A stretch of 39,975 nt of DNA from a virus. Its lineage: Duplodnaviria; Caudoviricetes. Each line of letters begins with the position of its first letter. Positions within the stretch are counted from its first letter, which is position 1. The notes under the pieces are model-generated. The model ran no database searches. It worked only from the letters and a program-made list of their open reading frames with translations, and had not been told where the DNA came from. Below, in pieces: positions 1 through 10,113 of the stretch. Location: positions 1 through 39,975 of the IMG/VR virus record IMGVR_UViG_3300043447_000338, one strand, 5' to 3'. The position numbers were made by a program, and so were the translations under genes.

Positions 1-138
1 GCTGCTGAGCGGGCGGCTGCTGTGGCATCTTCCCTGCTGTACCGTCCAATGTTCGGATCGTTGGCTCAGCTCGCATCTCGTTCGCTGGCCCGTACCCGCC
101 CGCATTGAATCCACCCCCGGACGCGAACCCCAGATTAG
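1..138. repeat. Terminal direct repeat / circular assembly overlap, copy 1 (matches 39838-39975)
   Basis: 138 nt identical to the last 138 nt except A127 vs G39964; falls inside an open reading frame, so the genome is circular or permuted with a unit length of about 39,837 bp. Confidence 0.95.
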
Positions 139-439
139 CCAATGCCCCAGGCAGCAGCGCTTGCGCGGCGTTGCTGCGCGCTGCCTGGATAGCCATCTGG
201 CTATCCAACGCCTGTTGCTGCTGCGGACTGAGCTGAATGTTTTGGTTCCACTGCGTGACAGGGTTGCCCGTGGCGGGGTCTGTAGCAATGGAAGGGGCCC
301 AGGTTTGGGAGCCCCAGGGGGTAGAGATGTTCGGACGGTTAGCCCAGGTCTGCTCAGTGGTGACTGCTCTGTTTGAGTCCGCAGTCGCCTCCGCCGCTCC
401 TCGGTAATCTGGGGCTGGAGGTGCCTTACCACTGCTCAT
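1..439 (-). CDS. N-terminal part of the ejection/pilot (DNA transfer) protein; continues across the junction into 38828-39975
   Basis: ATG at 439 with SD AAGGAG upstream; translates MSSGKAPPAPDYRGAAEATADSNRAVTTEQTWANRPNISTPWGSQTW with no stop and in frame with ORF 38828-39913 (about 482 aa in total). Confidence 0.85.
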   Translation of the reverse strand, partial: MSSGKAPPAPDYRGAAEATADSNRAVTTEQTWANRPNISTPWGSQTWAPSIATDPATGNPVTQWNQNIQLSPQQQQALDSQMAIQAARSNAAQALLPGALANLGFASGGGFNAGGYGPANEMRAEPTIRTLDGTAGKMPQQPPAQQ

Positions 440-442
440 CGT

Positions 443-850
443 CTACTCCTTCAAGAACTTACAATTCTCTCGCTTCATCTCTATAAGAAGCAAATCTGCC
501 CCAGACATTGCACCTTCAGGAACCCTGTGTACAATTTCAAATCCGAGTTTCAAGTCTATATTGAGCGGATGTGTGTCTGCTTCATCCATCCAAGCGTAAA
601 CTCTTAACAAGTCGCACTGCTCAAATGGGTAAGAAAACCCAGCTCTCAAAAATTCCTTAGAAATCAGAGTCCCTGGTAAGATGGCTATGTGAGTATGACA
701 AGTTCTTCCAGCAAAGCAATTATACCCAGCTACGGCCACAAGGCAATCGTTTTTTACAAGTCCAATTGCACGAAAATCAGAGCTCCAGGGGATGCCTATC
801 TTGTCATTCAGCCACGCCCAGAGAGACTCTCTGGGGGAGGATACAATCAC
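443..850 (-). CDS. GNAT-fold acetyltransferase-like tail-module protein
   Basis: 135 aa with FSYPFEQC..RVYAW..N..LKLGF pattern; typical position between the tail stabilisation and ejection genes in podoviruses. Confidence 0.65.
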   Translation of the reverse strand: MIVSSPRESLWAWLNDKIGIPWSSDFRAIGLVKNDCLVAVAGYNCFAGRTCHTHIAILPGTLISKEFLRAGFSYPFEQCDLLRVYAWMDEADTHPLNIDLKLGFEIVHRVPEGAMSGADLLLIEMKRENCKFLKE

Positions 851-2475
851 AGGGGTCCCCCAGAACGGAGCATGTAATCTATAGAGGATAGTACCGTGTC
901 TCCAATAGATGCGGTCTGCAGCACTGCCCCGCCGGAATGGCCTAGAGCCGCGACGCCTACCCAGTCACTGAATGCACGAGGGGCTGACGTCCAACGCGCA
1001 GTACCCCACACACCTACTCCCCATTGCGAGACTCCGCCAACAGGATACGCAGGGGAGAAGTCTCTGTCCGCTAGGGCGTAGTTCACCTTTACAGAAGCCT
1101 GTGAGCCGGGAGCGACAAGGGACAAGAAGTTGGGCCGCACCATCATGAATTGTTTAGTCAACCCAGGGGTACCAAACGCGCTGTAAGATTGCTGAACTAG
1201 ACCGTAAATACCATCCCCAGTGGCTGTGTTATAGGGGACGTTGTCAAACAAATCGGCGAACAAAAGCAGCACTTTGCCATCTTTGGTTCCAGCAAACCCA
1301 TAGCCCCCGCTCACCCCAAAGCTGTACGCGGGCATATCATTAAATATGCTCCACTGATTTAGGGTGGTTGACAAGCTGTATTGGGTATTCCTGCGATTCT
1401 TTAAATCGGGGGTGTTGATTAAAATCAGTCGCTCAGACGGGTGCACCATCACATCCCACCCCCGCAGGGTGAAGCTGCTGCGGAGGTCTGCACCTATGGC
1501 TGATCTAATCTTAGAGCTGTACTCTTTGGCTGTGGCCTGCAACAGTGCGGATCCGCCACGGGTGACGTAGCTCATGGGAAACACCCCGTCCGCGCTCACA
1601 ATCACTAAATCCCCACCGTACTGACAATACGCTCTGCGGCCGACAGGAATTTGCCCAACACTCCAGGCTCCAACAAGGGAGAATGTGCTGGAGGTCGTGG
1701 GGTCTGTGCCCTTGTAGACTAGAACGTCTCCATTACTAGAGACTACGACCATCAAATCGTCAATGCCCTCGCCCGCGTCAATGGTCCAGTTGGCTATGTA
1801 TGACAGATGTCCACCGCGCTTAAACAATGGACCAAAGTCAAACTCTTCCGCTGGACCTGTAATAGCATCCGTACCTAAGTACCATGCGCGAGTGCTGTTC
1901 TTCTCTACAAACCACGCCCGCTTTTTCCATATGGACACATGGCAAAGCAGCGATGGGCTCACCCCGTCTATTTGCCCAGGGAGAGCCCCTGCCACAGGTT
2001 TAATCCAATTGGTTCCATCATAGTAGTGATACCCATCGTCCTCAGACGCCACTAACAGGAATGTTCCACCAGCATTCGCCAGCATTTGGCTGGAAAACCA
2101 GCCTGCCTGCCCACTGCCAGAGAGTATGAATACGGGCGCAGGAGCATTGGTTTGCGCTGTAATGTCGTAAATAGCGGCGGGCGTAGCTGCGAATAACTTG
2201 CCCGGCATAGTGGAGGGAATCTCTAGATACTCGCCTGTGGGAAATTGTGTGGTGCTAGAAAAGTACGACACAATAGATTGAACGGGCAACTCCCCAGGGA
2301 AGTTTACCGCCCACTCTCTAAACCCTTTACGACAACGCAGTCCGTAAGTGTCTGGGATCCAGTTCACCAAACGAACTGCATCCTCATCGGCCATGCCCAT
2401 CAGACCGTCACGTGCGTTCAAGCCCCCAATAGGGGCAGGGCGAGTTACAACGACACGTTCACGTCTAGTTGCCAT
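847..2475 (-). CDS. Tail tubular/nozzle (packaged-DNA stabilisation, P22 gp10-like) protein
   Basis: 542 aa beta-rich protein; N-terminal PAPIGGLNARD, WTIDAGEGIDD and C-terminal W-G-x-x-x-W repeats; position after the adaptor gene. Confidence 0.7.
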   Translation of the reverse strand: MATRRERVVVTRPAPIGGLNARDGLMGMADEDAVRLVNWIPDTYGLRCRKGFREWAVNFPGELPVQSIVSYFSSTTQFPTGEYLEIPSTMPGKLFAATPAAIYDITAQTNAPAPVFILSGSGQAGWFSSQMLANAGGTFLLVASEDDGYHYYDGTNWIKPVAGALPGQIDGVSPSLLCHVSIWKKRAWFVEKNSTRAWYLGTDAITGPAEEFDFGPLFKRGGHLSYIANWTIDAGEGIDDLMVVVSSNGDVLVYKGTDPTTSSTFSLVGAWSVGQIPVGRRAYCQYGGDLVIVSADGVFPMSYVTRGGSALLQATAKEYSSKIRSAIGADLRSSFTLRGWDVMVHPSERLILINTPDLKNRRNTQYSLSTTLNQWSIFNDMPAYSFGVSGGYGFAGTKDGKVLLLFADLFDNVPYNTATGDGIYGLVQQSYSAFGTPGLTKQFMMVRPNFLSLVAPGSQASVKVNYALADRDFSPAYPVGGVSQWGVGVWGTARWTSAPRAFSDWVGVAALGHSGGAVLQTASIGDTVLSSIDYMLRSGGPL

Positions 2476-3187
2476 ATCCAGTATCTGGGATGTTGATTAT
2501 TCCCAGATACTGGGAGTGCGCTCCAGCCAGAGAAATAGTCCTGCCTGGAGAATCCTTGGCTTTAGCAGACGCTATCAGCCTATTCAACGCTCCAACATAC
2601 ATGGTGACGTCAAACTCTTTGGAAACCATCCACGCAATGCGCAAGGCTAGCTTGAACATCTGAGGGTCAAGCAAGATTACATCGTCGTTCTCTTGCAGGT
2701 TGTCCCTGGGAACGTTCTGTGCAGATCGCACCCAGGCCCGGCTTTGGTAGGGGATGACCAGTGTCTGTATCGTAGACACCGCATTTGCGAGCACAAGTGC
2801 ACCCTCTGAGATCCTAAAGAGGGAGGCAAATGTAGCCCCCGCCAAGTTTCTAGCCTTTAGGGCCTGCCACTCAGCCTCTCCAAGAGAGCCAATGGCGGGT
2901 AGCTGCGTGGTCCTGTTCCAGGAGGAGTCTGAGATTATGCGATCACAATCTGCAGGCAATGGGTAGATTGTCTGGCCTGGGGCCGTAGTGATTATAAATT
3001 CTGAAGACAGTTGCTGCCAGTCGTGCTGATCACAAAGCTGTTGCCCAACATCACTCGCAAGTTCCCACATCTGCACAACGCTAGGGTCTGTGCTGGCGGT
3101 CACGGACGCTGGGGCGGAGAGCCCCAGCGATTTCAGAACTGAAGATACTGCATCTTGTCCTGTAATTTGGCGAGTGATGTTAGACAT
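2465..3187 (-). CDS. Head-tail adaptor / tail tubular protein A-like
   Basis: 240 aa; YPLPADCDR..WNRT motif and C-terminal NIPDTGYG; synteny. Confidence 0.6.
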   Translation of the reverse strand: MSNITRQITGQDAVSSVLKSLGLSAPASVTASTDPSVVQMWELASDVGQQLCDQHDWQQLSSEFIITTAPGQTIYPLPADCDRIISDSSWNRTTQLPAIGSLGEAEWQALKARNLAGATFASLFRISEGALVLANAVSTIQTLVIPYQSRAWVRSAQNVPRDNLQENDDVILLDPQMFKLALRIAWMVSKEFDVTMYVGALNRLIASAKAKDSPGRTISLAGAHSQYLGIINIPDTGYGN

Positions 3188-3190
3188 CTG

Positions 3191-3793
3191 TTACTTCTTA
3201 GCTGGTGCTGGGGCAGGCGCTGGTTCCTTAGCCTCCTGTGCCGCGAGGCGACGCCCCAGCTCTACAATCTGAGCCTGTAAGGCTTCGTTAGTAGATTTAG
3301 TCTCGTTGAGCTCTGCTTGAAGTTTTTCCAGCGGAGCGGAGCCCTTAGCCAGCTCCAAAAAGGCGGCAGCCTTTTGCTTCATTGTCAGTAGCCCCGCCAC
3401 CTTGCCGCACACCGTATCCGACGCATTGGACACCTGCTCCACAGTATAGAACCCCAAATATTTGAGCTCTTCCACCATAGAAGCGCTCATGATGGGCCAC
3501 TGGTCCAGTGGAGTGCCTGATGCGAGCTGTACTGCACCCTCGGTGTAGCCTTTGTATGCTTCACGAAAGCGTCGCTTGTCTTCTTCACGCACAGGGCGCT
3601 GAACGATGTTGTTACGGTCGCCCCGCACACGAATCTCCACCATCTCTGTGTCGTCGAAGATCGGACGACCTTCTTCTACAGATTTAGCTTGATTTTGAAT
3701 CGGGGCTGTGTAGAACCGAACTGCGAGATTTGCGTCCTGCTGCGCGGCTTGTGGGTTGACGAACTGTGCGTCGTCAAAGTCTAGACCATCCAT
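3191..3793 (-). CDS. Conserved phage protein of the head-tail module
   Basis: 200 aa, SD AAGGAG; EEGRPIF, GTPLDQWP and C-terminal coiled coil. Confidence 0.6.
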   Translation of the reverse strand: MDGLDFDDAQFVNPQAAQQDANLAVRFYTAPIQNQAKSVEEGRPIFDDTEMVEIRVRGDRNNIVQRPVREEDKRRFREAYKGYTEGAVQLASGTPLDQWPIMSASMVEELKYLGFYTVEQVSNASDTVCGKVAGLLTMKQKAAAFLELAKGSAPLEKLQAELNETKSTNEALQAQIVELGRRLAAQEAKEPAPAPAPAKK

Positions 3794-3808
3794 TCACTTC
3801 TCCTTTAA

Positions 3809-4468
3809 TTATGGGGCGACTGCCCAAACACCCTCTCCAGCAACCATCGCTCGGCCACTGCGATTGAGATACCCACCGCTGACTGCTGCATTGTTAGCCA
3901 CAGCGCCCGCCGCCACAAGGTAGCGCGTGCCCTTGTTGGTGCCGTAGCCCGTGCCCAACATTACAGCGCGGCCCTGGGGGCCTACAGTAAGCGTAACACT
4001 GCCGCCAGTGCCCGCGCCCATTTCAGTGGGTAGAGCGACTGTTGGCGCACTTGTAAATGAGCTGCCTTCGTCGGTCACATCCACAGCCGTGATGGCTCCG
4101 CCCGCTACTGTAATCTGTACTTCGCCAGCCCCTACAGCCCCGCCTCCGGCCGTGCGCACTAGGAATACGCCGTTGGTGTAGCCAGATCCTGCCACAAAGG
4201 TGGCAGGTGCAGTGATCACGTTCCCGAGATTAGAGTCACTGTTTGAGCTGCCCGCGCTAGATTTTACGCCCCCGCCAATGCGAATGGGGAGTGCATCTGC
4301 TGCCGTGGCAGAGAAGTTGCTCTGTGAAACACCAGAGCGAAGAGTGCTGATGCCGATGCCTGTGGAAAGTCCGCCCTCGCCCCCCGCCCAGCTACCTGCT
4401 GCGCCCTTGCCTCGGCCCTCGATAGATACGTCTGCGAACACGCCACTCATCGTAAATGATGCTGCCAT
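3809..4468 (-). CDS. Gly/Ala-rich virion protein (capsid decoration or head fibre)
   Basis: 219 aa directly after the capsid gene; GSGYT and VTDEGSSFTSAPTV beta-repeat motifs common in fibre proteins. Confidence 0.55.
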   Translation of the reverse strand: MAASFTMSGVFADVSIEGRGKGAAGSWAGGEGGLSTGIGISTLRSGVSQSNFSATAADALPIRIGGGVKSSAGSSNSDSNLGNVITAPATFVAGSGYTNGVFLVRTAGGGAVGAGEVQITVAGGAITAVDVTDEGSSFTSAPTVALPTEMGAGTGGSVTLTVGPQGRAVMLGTGYGTNKGTRYLVAAGAVANNAAVSGGYLNRSGRAMVAGEGVWAVAP

Positions 4469-4483
4469 TTCAAGCTCCTAAGA

Positions 4484-4506
4484 AGGAGCCCCGCCTGAGC
4501 GGGGCT
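4484..4506 (-). terminator. Hairpin / putative intrinsic terminator after the major capsid gene
   Basis: AGCCCCGC-CTGA-GCGGGGCT stem-loop just downstream of the capsid stop; T-tract is weak. Confidence 0.5.
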
Positions 4507-4511
4507 GTGTG

Positions 4512-5477
4512 TTACGGGGTAATCAAGCGGCCCGAGAATTGAGGTCCCGAACTTGTCAAGTTACCCGCGAAGGCCAGAATTTGCACCTCGGCATCTTGGT
4601 TGATAGCGAAGCGGCGGTTTGGCGACAGTGGCACCATGTTACGCTTGGCGTGAGGGCGGAAACTGTGGTACTTCGTATTCAAGAAATACGCAGTTTTGGT
4701 GGTAGAGAAGCCGCCGATACCGCCGTCCAGCACCACATCCGCATCCATAAACTTGATGGATGGGAAGCCCAAATTGGCCGAGCTAGGGTCGGTAAACCGT
4801 TGCAGCGGCTGCAACGATGCCATGTAGATGCCCCAGAAATTGTTATCCATGATAATCAAGTCTGGACGATCCATACCACGAATCAGGCTAGCCCACATGG
4901 TGTTCATTGCACCCTGCACAGTTGCGGCCGTGAGAGCTGAACCTGCTGTGGTGGATTTGCTGCGCCAGAAAGTCCAAGTAGCACGATCAATGCCGCCGTA
5001 GGTGCCTGTGGTGGGGGTTACGGGCACCGCAGCGTCCAGGCCCACCAGTTGCTTGCCGCCAGAGCCCGTGCCATCGCTGTAGATAGCTTGAGCAATCATG
5101 TTAGCCATTGTCGACTCGGCTACCTTTAGACGAGACTCCATGAGGTCGATGATCTGCTCAGGGCCAGAGTTGCGAAGTTGATCCAAACCGCTGATGACCA
5201 CAGGAACAGCGGCCTGCTTGATGTCAAATTGCGCAGCAGACAAGACGTCTTGTGCAGAAACCGGAAGCAGGTCATAGCCAGAGTACCAGCCCGCGTTCGC
5301 GTTCTCAGCAAACGACAACTCTTCCAGAATAACAGAGCCGCCAGAGAAGGTACGAACATTGCCCTTATCCTTAATGTATGTGAGAAGAGCGTTGTTTTTG
5401 GTGACGTTATCTTGAATCTTTTTCGACCGTTTTTCAATCGTGGTCGCGACGATGTCGGTTACATTTGGAAATGCCAT
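4512..5477 (-). CDS. Major capsid protein
   Basis: 321 aa; MAFPNVTDIVATTIE..DNVTKNNALL, YSGYD, GTYGGIDR and NQDA motifs of an HK97-fold podovirus capsid family; follows the scaffold gene; SD GAGGA. Confidence 0.85.
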   Translation of the reverse strand: MAFPNVTDIVATTIEKRSKKIQDNVTKNNALLTYIKDKGNVRTFSGGSVILEELSFAENANAGWYSGYDLLPVSAQDVLSAAQFDIKQAAVPVVISGLDQLRNSGPEQIIDLMESRLKVAESTMANMIAQAIYSDGTGSGGKQLVGLDAAVPVTPTTGTYGGIDRATWTFWRSKSTTAGSALTAATVQGAMNTMWASLIRGMDRPDLIIMDNNFWGIYMASLQPLQRFTDPSSANLGFPSIKFMDADVVLDGGIGGFSTTKTAYFLNTKYHSFRPHAKRNMVPLSPNRRFAINQDAEVQILAFAGNLTSSGPQFSGRLITP

Positions 5478-5486
5478 GATGTCCTC

Positions 5487-6548
5487 TTAAACTTTTGAAA
5501 GTTGCTTCATTGATGCCATAAGTGTTGATCTTATGTCATCGCCCATAGGTTCTGAAGTGTCATTCGGTGCGGCTGTTGAGGACAGGCTGGCCGATGCTTC
5601 TTGTGCTCGTCTTGCTGCGGCAGTCGCTTCGCTTACAGCCTGGGCGCGGGTGCGCTGTTCTACAAGTTGACCGATCTGCGGATGGCGCATAATAGCACGG
5701 TTGTAGGCCGTTTGCAAGCTCATTTGTATGCCGTGCTTAGCGGCGCCCTCCAACAAATCGGCTACATCGTCGCGCACATCGGCAAAGAACTCATTTTTGG
5801 GGTCTGCCTCAAACTGCTCGATTTCAGACAACACGCCCGTGTGCATTTCCTCAGCCTGTGCGGCCTTCCGTTGCTGAAGTTCCTGCATGAATTGTTTTAC
5901 AGGGGCAAGCTCGTTCTGTAGCAAGCTGTGCACGTGAGACATAGGATCCTGTGGCGCAGCAGTGCCCGACACTCGAGAAGTCAGTTGCTGGTCCAACAAG
6001 TTAATGTCAACGCCGAATTGTTGAACAATATCTGCTATCAACGCAGCGCGTTGTGCGGGGTGCCCCGTGCGCAGGGTGGCCGCTACTTGCATCATATTGG
6101 ACACCGTCTGTATCGGCGTTCCACCATCTTGCTGAATGAAGTGTGCGTAGGGGCTAATCACGGCCCCAAACTCTTCCGCAAATCTACGTGCTTCCGCAGA
6201 AGCGCGCAGGGTAGAGTTTATCTCTAATTCTCTGCGCTTAACTTCAGCTTTAATTTCTGGGTCTAGAGAAGCCCACTTCTCTCGAGCCAATGGCTTCCAA
6301 GACGCGGGTGTCCACGTATCCTCTACTGGGGGAGGTGTTACGGCTGGCGCAGATGCCTCAGTAGGGGGAGTCACCTCTGCCGGTGGGGCTGTGGGGGCCT
6401 CAGTAGGCTGCGGCGCCTCCTGTGCAGGGGCGGAGTCATCTAACTTTGCAGATTCTGTAGGGCCTGGAGAGTCCTGCGCAGTCTGCTCTGAAAGAGACTC
6501 CTCTAGGTCTTTACGCAAAGATTCTGCGGTGTTTTCTTCTGGATCCAT
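5487..6548 (-). CDS. Capsid scaffolding protein
   Basis: 353 aa; acidic Pro/Ala-rich N-terminus, PASWK..W motif and helical C-terminus; immediately upstream of the capsid gene. Confidence 0.7.
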   Translation of the reverse strand: MDPEENTAESLRKDLEESLSEQTAQDSPGPTESAKLDDSAPAQEAPQPTEAPTAPPAEVTPPTEASAPAVTPPPVEDTWTPASWKPLAREKWASLDPEIKAEVKRRELEINSTLRASAEARRFAEEFGAVISPYAHFIQQDGGTPIQTVSNMMQVAATLRTGHPAQRAALIADIVQQFGVDINLLDQQLTSRVSGTAAPQDPMSHVHSLLQNELAPVKQFMQELQQRKAAQAEEMHTGVLSEIEQFEADPKNEFFADVRDDVADLLEGAAKHGIQMSLQTAYNRAIMRHPQIGQLVEQRTRAQAVSEATAAARRAQEASASLSSTAAPNDTSEPMGDDIRSTLMASMKQLSKV

Positions 6549-6559
6549 TTACTTCTCCT

Positions 6560-6952
6560 TTAATTATTGATTGCGGTGTAGACTTGCTTAGCGACTTCTG
6601 TGTGAAGTTCTTTGTCTTGGAAGGTGGCGGTCCTCAGTTGCTCTCGTTGCACCTGCTGCTCTTTCCAAGAATTTGTAAAATCTGACGTCATGGTCAGATT
6701 ATTTCTCTTCATATACTCTCTGTGTTTGGTTCTAGAGCTCAAATCCGTACCGTCTTGGGCCTGTAGCCCGTCATAGTGTCTGTCCCCCGCCAGGGCATTG
6801 GCAAGCCCACTCATCGCAGGTACGACTGACAACTTGCGTTCCATAGCCCCGTGACAGCTAGGCGTGGCAGGATTGCGCGAGTAGTCCCCAATTGATTGAA
6901 ATGTGGACGCTTCTTGTCCACACAGTGGGCACTTGTAGTCGTATGTGGGCAT
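6560..6952 (-). CDS. FmdB-family zinc-ribbon protein
   Basis: MPTYDYKCPLCG...CHG N-terminus; C-terminal SRTKHREYMKRNNL. Confidence 0.7.
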   Translation of the reverse strand: MPTYDYKCPLCGQEASTFQSIGDYSRNPATPSCHGAMERKLSVVPAMSGLANALAGDRHYDGLQAQDGTDLSSRTKHREYMKRNNLTMTSDFTNSWKEQQVQREQLRTATFQDKELHTEVAKQVYTAINN

Positions 6953-7632
6953 TATTTACTCCTCAATGCCTTGATCAAATTAAATTGTGCGATTAGTGCT
7001 GGTGCTGGCGCGGGAATAAATTTAGTCTTCTTGGCTGCTGGGGGAGGTGTAGCCTCCTCTAGTTCTATTTTAATGCGCTCTACAGGTTCCCGTTTCTGTA
7101 TTTTTCTATTGGTCTTTTTATCTTTAGGAGTTGCGTCTGCTCCTGTCCAAGGCATTTGGAACACGTACTCCTGCCCCAAAACCGTGGCGGCTGGCTTGCT
7201 AATGCTCAGTATGGCTGGGATTGTAGTTATCAGCCCTGGGATGGCTCCCACAATAGTAGCCGTAGAGCCTGACAATGTCAGTTCAGGTGGGCTTGTTATA
7301 ATGAGCCCCGCTGCCCCCACCAAAATGTTGTGAGTGTGTAGAGTTTGTCCAACTCCATCTATGTACCAGTAGCCTGAGAATGTGTATGCTCCATCTGACG
7401 CCTGCCACGTGAAAGCACTATTCTCATCCATAGAGAACAGCCCCGTAGGTGGAGTTGTGTCTAGAAAAAAGCGCACCTCCTTGTCATCTTCTGCAGGAGT
7501 CAGTAGGTCATGAAGGGCGCCTGGGCCGTGAAGCCCTGTACTGGGCACTTCCGCTCCGAGCACACCCAGCCCGGAGCCTCCGTAGTGAATGCCTCCTAAT
7601 CCTGGAGGCTCCAGTCCATATGCTATGCTCAT
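6952..7632 (-). CDS. Hypothetical virion-associated protein
   Basis: 226 aa ORF overlapping or abutting both neighbours; beta-rich N-terminal part and basic C-terminus. Confidence 0.55.
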   Translation of the reverse strand: MSIAYGLEPPGLGGIHYGGSGLGVLGAEVPSTGLHGPGALHDLLTPAEDDKEVRFFLDTTPPTGLFSMDENSAFTWQASDGAYTFSGYWYIDGVGQTLHTHNILVGAAGLIITSPPELTLSGSTATIVGAIPGLITTIPAILSISKPAATVLGQEYVFQMPWTGADATPKDKKTNRKIQKREPVERIKIELEEATPPPAAKKTKFIPAPAPALIAQFNLIKALRSK

Positions 7633-8798
7633 GTTTGTGCCTGTATGAATGCTTTAAACGCTGCACTTCTGTCAGTGTTCCAACCTATGACTAGATACCA
7701 TGTACCTGAGACAAGACTTGCATCCGCCAATGTGATGTCTCCTCCTGCCGTAGTTGTGACACTGCTCAGATTGAGTACAATTGCCCCTGTGCTGATATTC
7801 AACACCATTACTTTAGGAATCGTCACACTTGTCTGCAGTGTTCCACTCCAATTCTTGATGTCTGTCAGAGCTAGAAAGGGCACTGCTGGGGCTGCTGCAA
7901 CTACAACGCTGAATGCGTTGGTTGTGGCGACGTTACTGCCAGTATCAGTAGCTCTGATTTGAATGCCTGTAGAGGTTCCAGCAGTTGACGGAGTACCGCT
8001 AATTACAGATCCACTACGGCTCAATCCGGCAGGCAATGTTCCAGCGAACGTGGACCATGTGAATGGTGTCAGAGCGCCGCTGAAATAGCTTGCCAAATCT
8101 ACAGAGAATGGCACACCTACCGTCGCGTTCTGTGTTGGCACAGTGCCAGAGAATGAAACTGGGGAAGCTCCCGCTGCGGGATTGAGCGCAACAGCGACAG
8201 CAGATACTTGTGTAGGGCTTGTCCCTGTCCAAGAGAAGTTAGTCGATGTCCCGTTCAAGAGATCGGCTACTGCACTCTCTCCAGACGCAGAGCCCACAAG
8301 CGTCGCCAATCCAGAAGGGGCAAGCGATGAGCCCCCAAACGCACGCGCCGCAAATACGCCATATCCCCCGGATGGTGTTGTGAGTGGTGCGATGCCGATT
8401 GGGCTTGGCACACTGCCGCCACTGCCAGCCTCAAAATCTGCGATAGGCGTTGTCTGGTCTACGTCGTCATACATAGCAACAAGCAACAGACCTCCGTTTG
8501 CGCTGGAAGTGCTAAAGTTTGCCGCGATGTTGTAGGTGCCAGTAGTGGGGTTGACGAGCGCCCATACACGAATGGAACGGTTAGCCAGCCCTGCTCCAGA
8601 GTTTACGACAGGTACAACCCCTGTCGTAGACCCATTCACCGTGACGTTATTGAATGTTGTCCACGGAAGATCGTTGTTACAGTCTTTGAAAATCAACAGC
8701 GCAGTATTTGTAAACCCTGATGGAATGGTTACAGAAAGCGTATGGCTGTTCGACGTGAACGAATTAAGGTTAGATTGTGCGGTATAGCGGAGTTGCAT
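7629..8798 (-). CDS. Ser/Thr/Gly-rich virion protein with a putative Ig-like (He_PIG/cadherin-like) domain
   Basis: VPTQNATVGVPFSVDLASYF...LPAGLS.SGSVISGTP..AGT..IQIRATD is a typical He_PIG pattern. Confidence 0.7.
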   Translation of the reverse strand: MQLRYTAQSNLNSFTSNSHTLSVTIPSGFTNTALLIFKDCNNDLPWTTFNNVTVNGSTTGVVPVVNSGAGLANRSIRVWALVNPTTGTYNIAANFSTSSANGGLLLVAMYDDVDQTTPIADFEAGSGGSVPSPIGIAPLTTPSGGYGVFAARAFGGSSLAPSGLATLVGSASGESAVADLLNGTSTNFSWTGTSPTQVSAVAVALNPAAGASPVSFSGTVPTQNATVGVPFSVDLASYFSGALTPFTWSTFAGTLPAGLSRSGSVISGTPSTAGTSTGIQIRATDTGSNVATTNAFSVVVAAAPAVPFLALTDIKNWSGTLQTSVTIPKVMVLNISTGAIVLNLSSVTTTAGGDITLADASLVSGTWYLVIGWNTDRSAAFKAFIQAQT

Positions 8799-8799
8799 G

Positions 8800-10113
8800 T
8801 CAGCCTCTTAAGGTAAAGCAGCGCACGTCGATTGATCCAATGCTTGCGCCGCTGAATGTGCTTTGCCACTTAAGCAAGAGTGCTAGATTTATGCCACTCT
8901 CTGTAGCTCCACTTTGTCTAGGTAAGGCACTACGCATCACGACAGTCTCTGTGAGCGTCGTAGCCTCTGGCCCCAGCTTAAGCCAGAATGGGGGCAGCAA
9001 ATATTGATTGTTGGTTGTATTGCCCCGAGCGATAAGTTCTAGCTCTTTGGCATTGGCCAAATTCAGTGCATTGAATCTGACTTCAACAATGGCCTCACAG
9101 CGGGATGGGTCTATCGCTGTAATTGCCCGGCCCGTGGTTGCCATGCGAATTTCTGTCCACCCACCGCCCACGCCCCCTGTAGGGGTTACTCTCTGCCACG
9201 GTACTTGATTCTCATCTGAAATATCTGCTGCGACAACTGATGCAGTGCCCGCACCAAAGAATGTGTCAATGCTGAACCCAGTGATGAGTGTACCACTCCA
9301 GCCTCCAGCAGAGAATGATCCGCTGCCCACTCCAGCAGGGTTGTTGCCCCACTGATTGCTAGATGGCGTGACTATGTAGGTGTCTGTATTGCTGGTGACC
9401 ACTTGAAGTGGGTAGCTGTAGCCGCGTATAGCGTATTCAGTAGTCAGCAAGTTCCCGCCACGAATGCCCATTAGTCGCACACCTGCCGGGTTCATGTGGA
9501 TGCCGTCGCTGAAGTATGTGCTGATGCCTGCTCCAGCAGGTACTTGCCCGACGCGCAAAGCTGCTCCATCATCAATATAAATGACGCCCGGCACAGCTCC
9601 ACCCCCGTAAGCGGCAGCTATGCCCGCATTGATGTTCTGCACAGACGCGTCTTTGCCCGATGGATTAGACTCTGGAGCTGTGATTGGCGGCACTGAGCCA
9701 ATTATCACCTGCTCTGCATAGGTGAGACACTTGGTCACTAGCGTGGCATAGTTAGCGGATATCCCAGACCAGTTCGTCAGCGCCCGTGCATCATTTGTGC
9801 CACAGCGCAGGAAGACAGTGCCCAGCTTAGGCAGTCCAAGTGCGGCGGCAATGCCGGCGAGCCCTGGAGAGCCCGCTGTGTAACTGTTGTCTATGCGAGA
9901 GAGTATCTGTGCCGTGGTCTCTGTCGCTACTCCGATATTGAGTACAGGCTTCAGGACGCCACCAGCAATACCGCCCATGTAAGTGACAGTAGTTGCTTCG
10001 TAAGTTGCGTTCTGAGTGAGCGAGTCTCCGACAAGCGCAGTCGCAACATCAGGGAATAAAAACTTACCCCCGACAACCAGTGCCGTTCCGGCAGGAGCAA
10101 CATAGTCTGTCAT
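8800..10113 (-). CDS. SGNH/GDSL esterase-domain virion protein
   Basis: Blocks GDSLT (I), GTND (III) and DGIH (V) are present; C-terminal beta-sandwich-like region. Confidence 0.8.
   Translation of the reverse strand: MTDYVAPAGTALVVGGKFLFPDVATALVGDSLTQNATYEATTVTYMGGIAGGVLKPVLNIGVATETTAQILSRIDNSYTAGSPGLAGIAAALGLPKLGTVFLRCGTNDARALTNWSGISANYATLVTKCLTYAEQVIIGSVPPITAPESNPSGKDASVQNINAGIAAAYGGGAVPGVIYIDDGAALRVGQVPAGAGISTYFSDGIHMNPAGVRLMGIRGGNLLTTEYAIRGYSYPLQVVTSNTDTYIVTPSSNQWGNNPAGVGSGSFSAGGWSGTLITGFSIDTFFGAGTASVVAADISDENQVPWQRVTPTGGVGGGWTEIRMATTGRAITAIDPSRCEAIVEVRFNALNLANAKELELIARGNTTNNQYLLPPFWLKLGPEATTLTETVVMRSALPRQSGATESGINLALLLKWQSTFSGASIGSIDVRCFTLRG

Noticed and set aside
1-138. Biological T7-like direct terminal repeat
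   Set aside because: It falls in the middle of a coding sequence and looks like an assembly overlap; the true ends more plausibly lie near terS.
6560-6952. FmdB zinc-ribbon gene in the head module (and the GNAT gene in the tail module) as novel
   Set aside because: Both placements are common in this type of podovirus.
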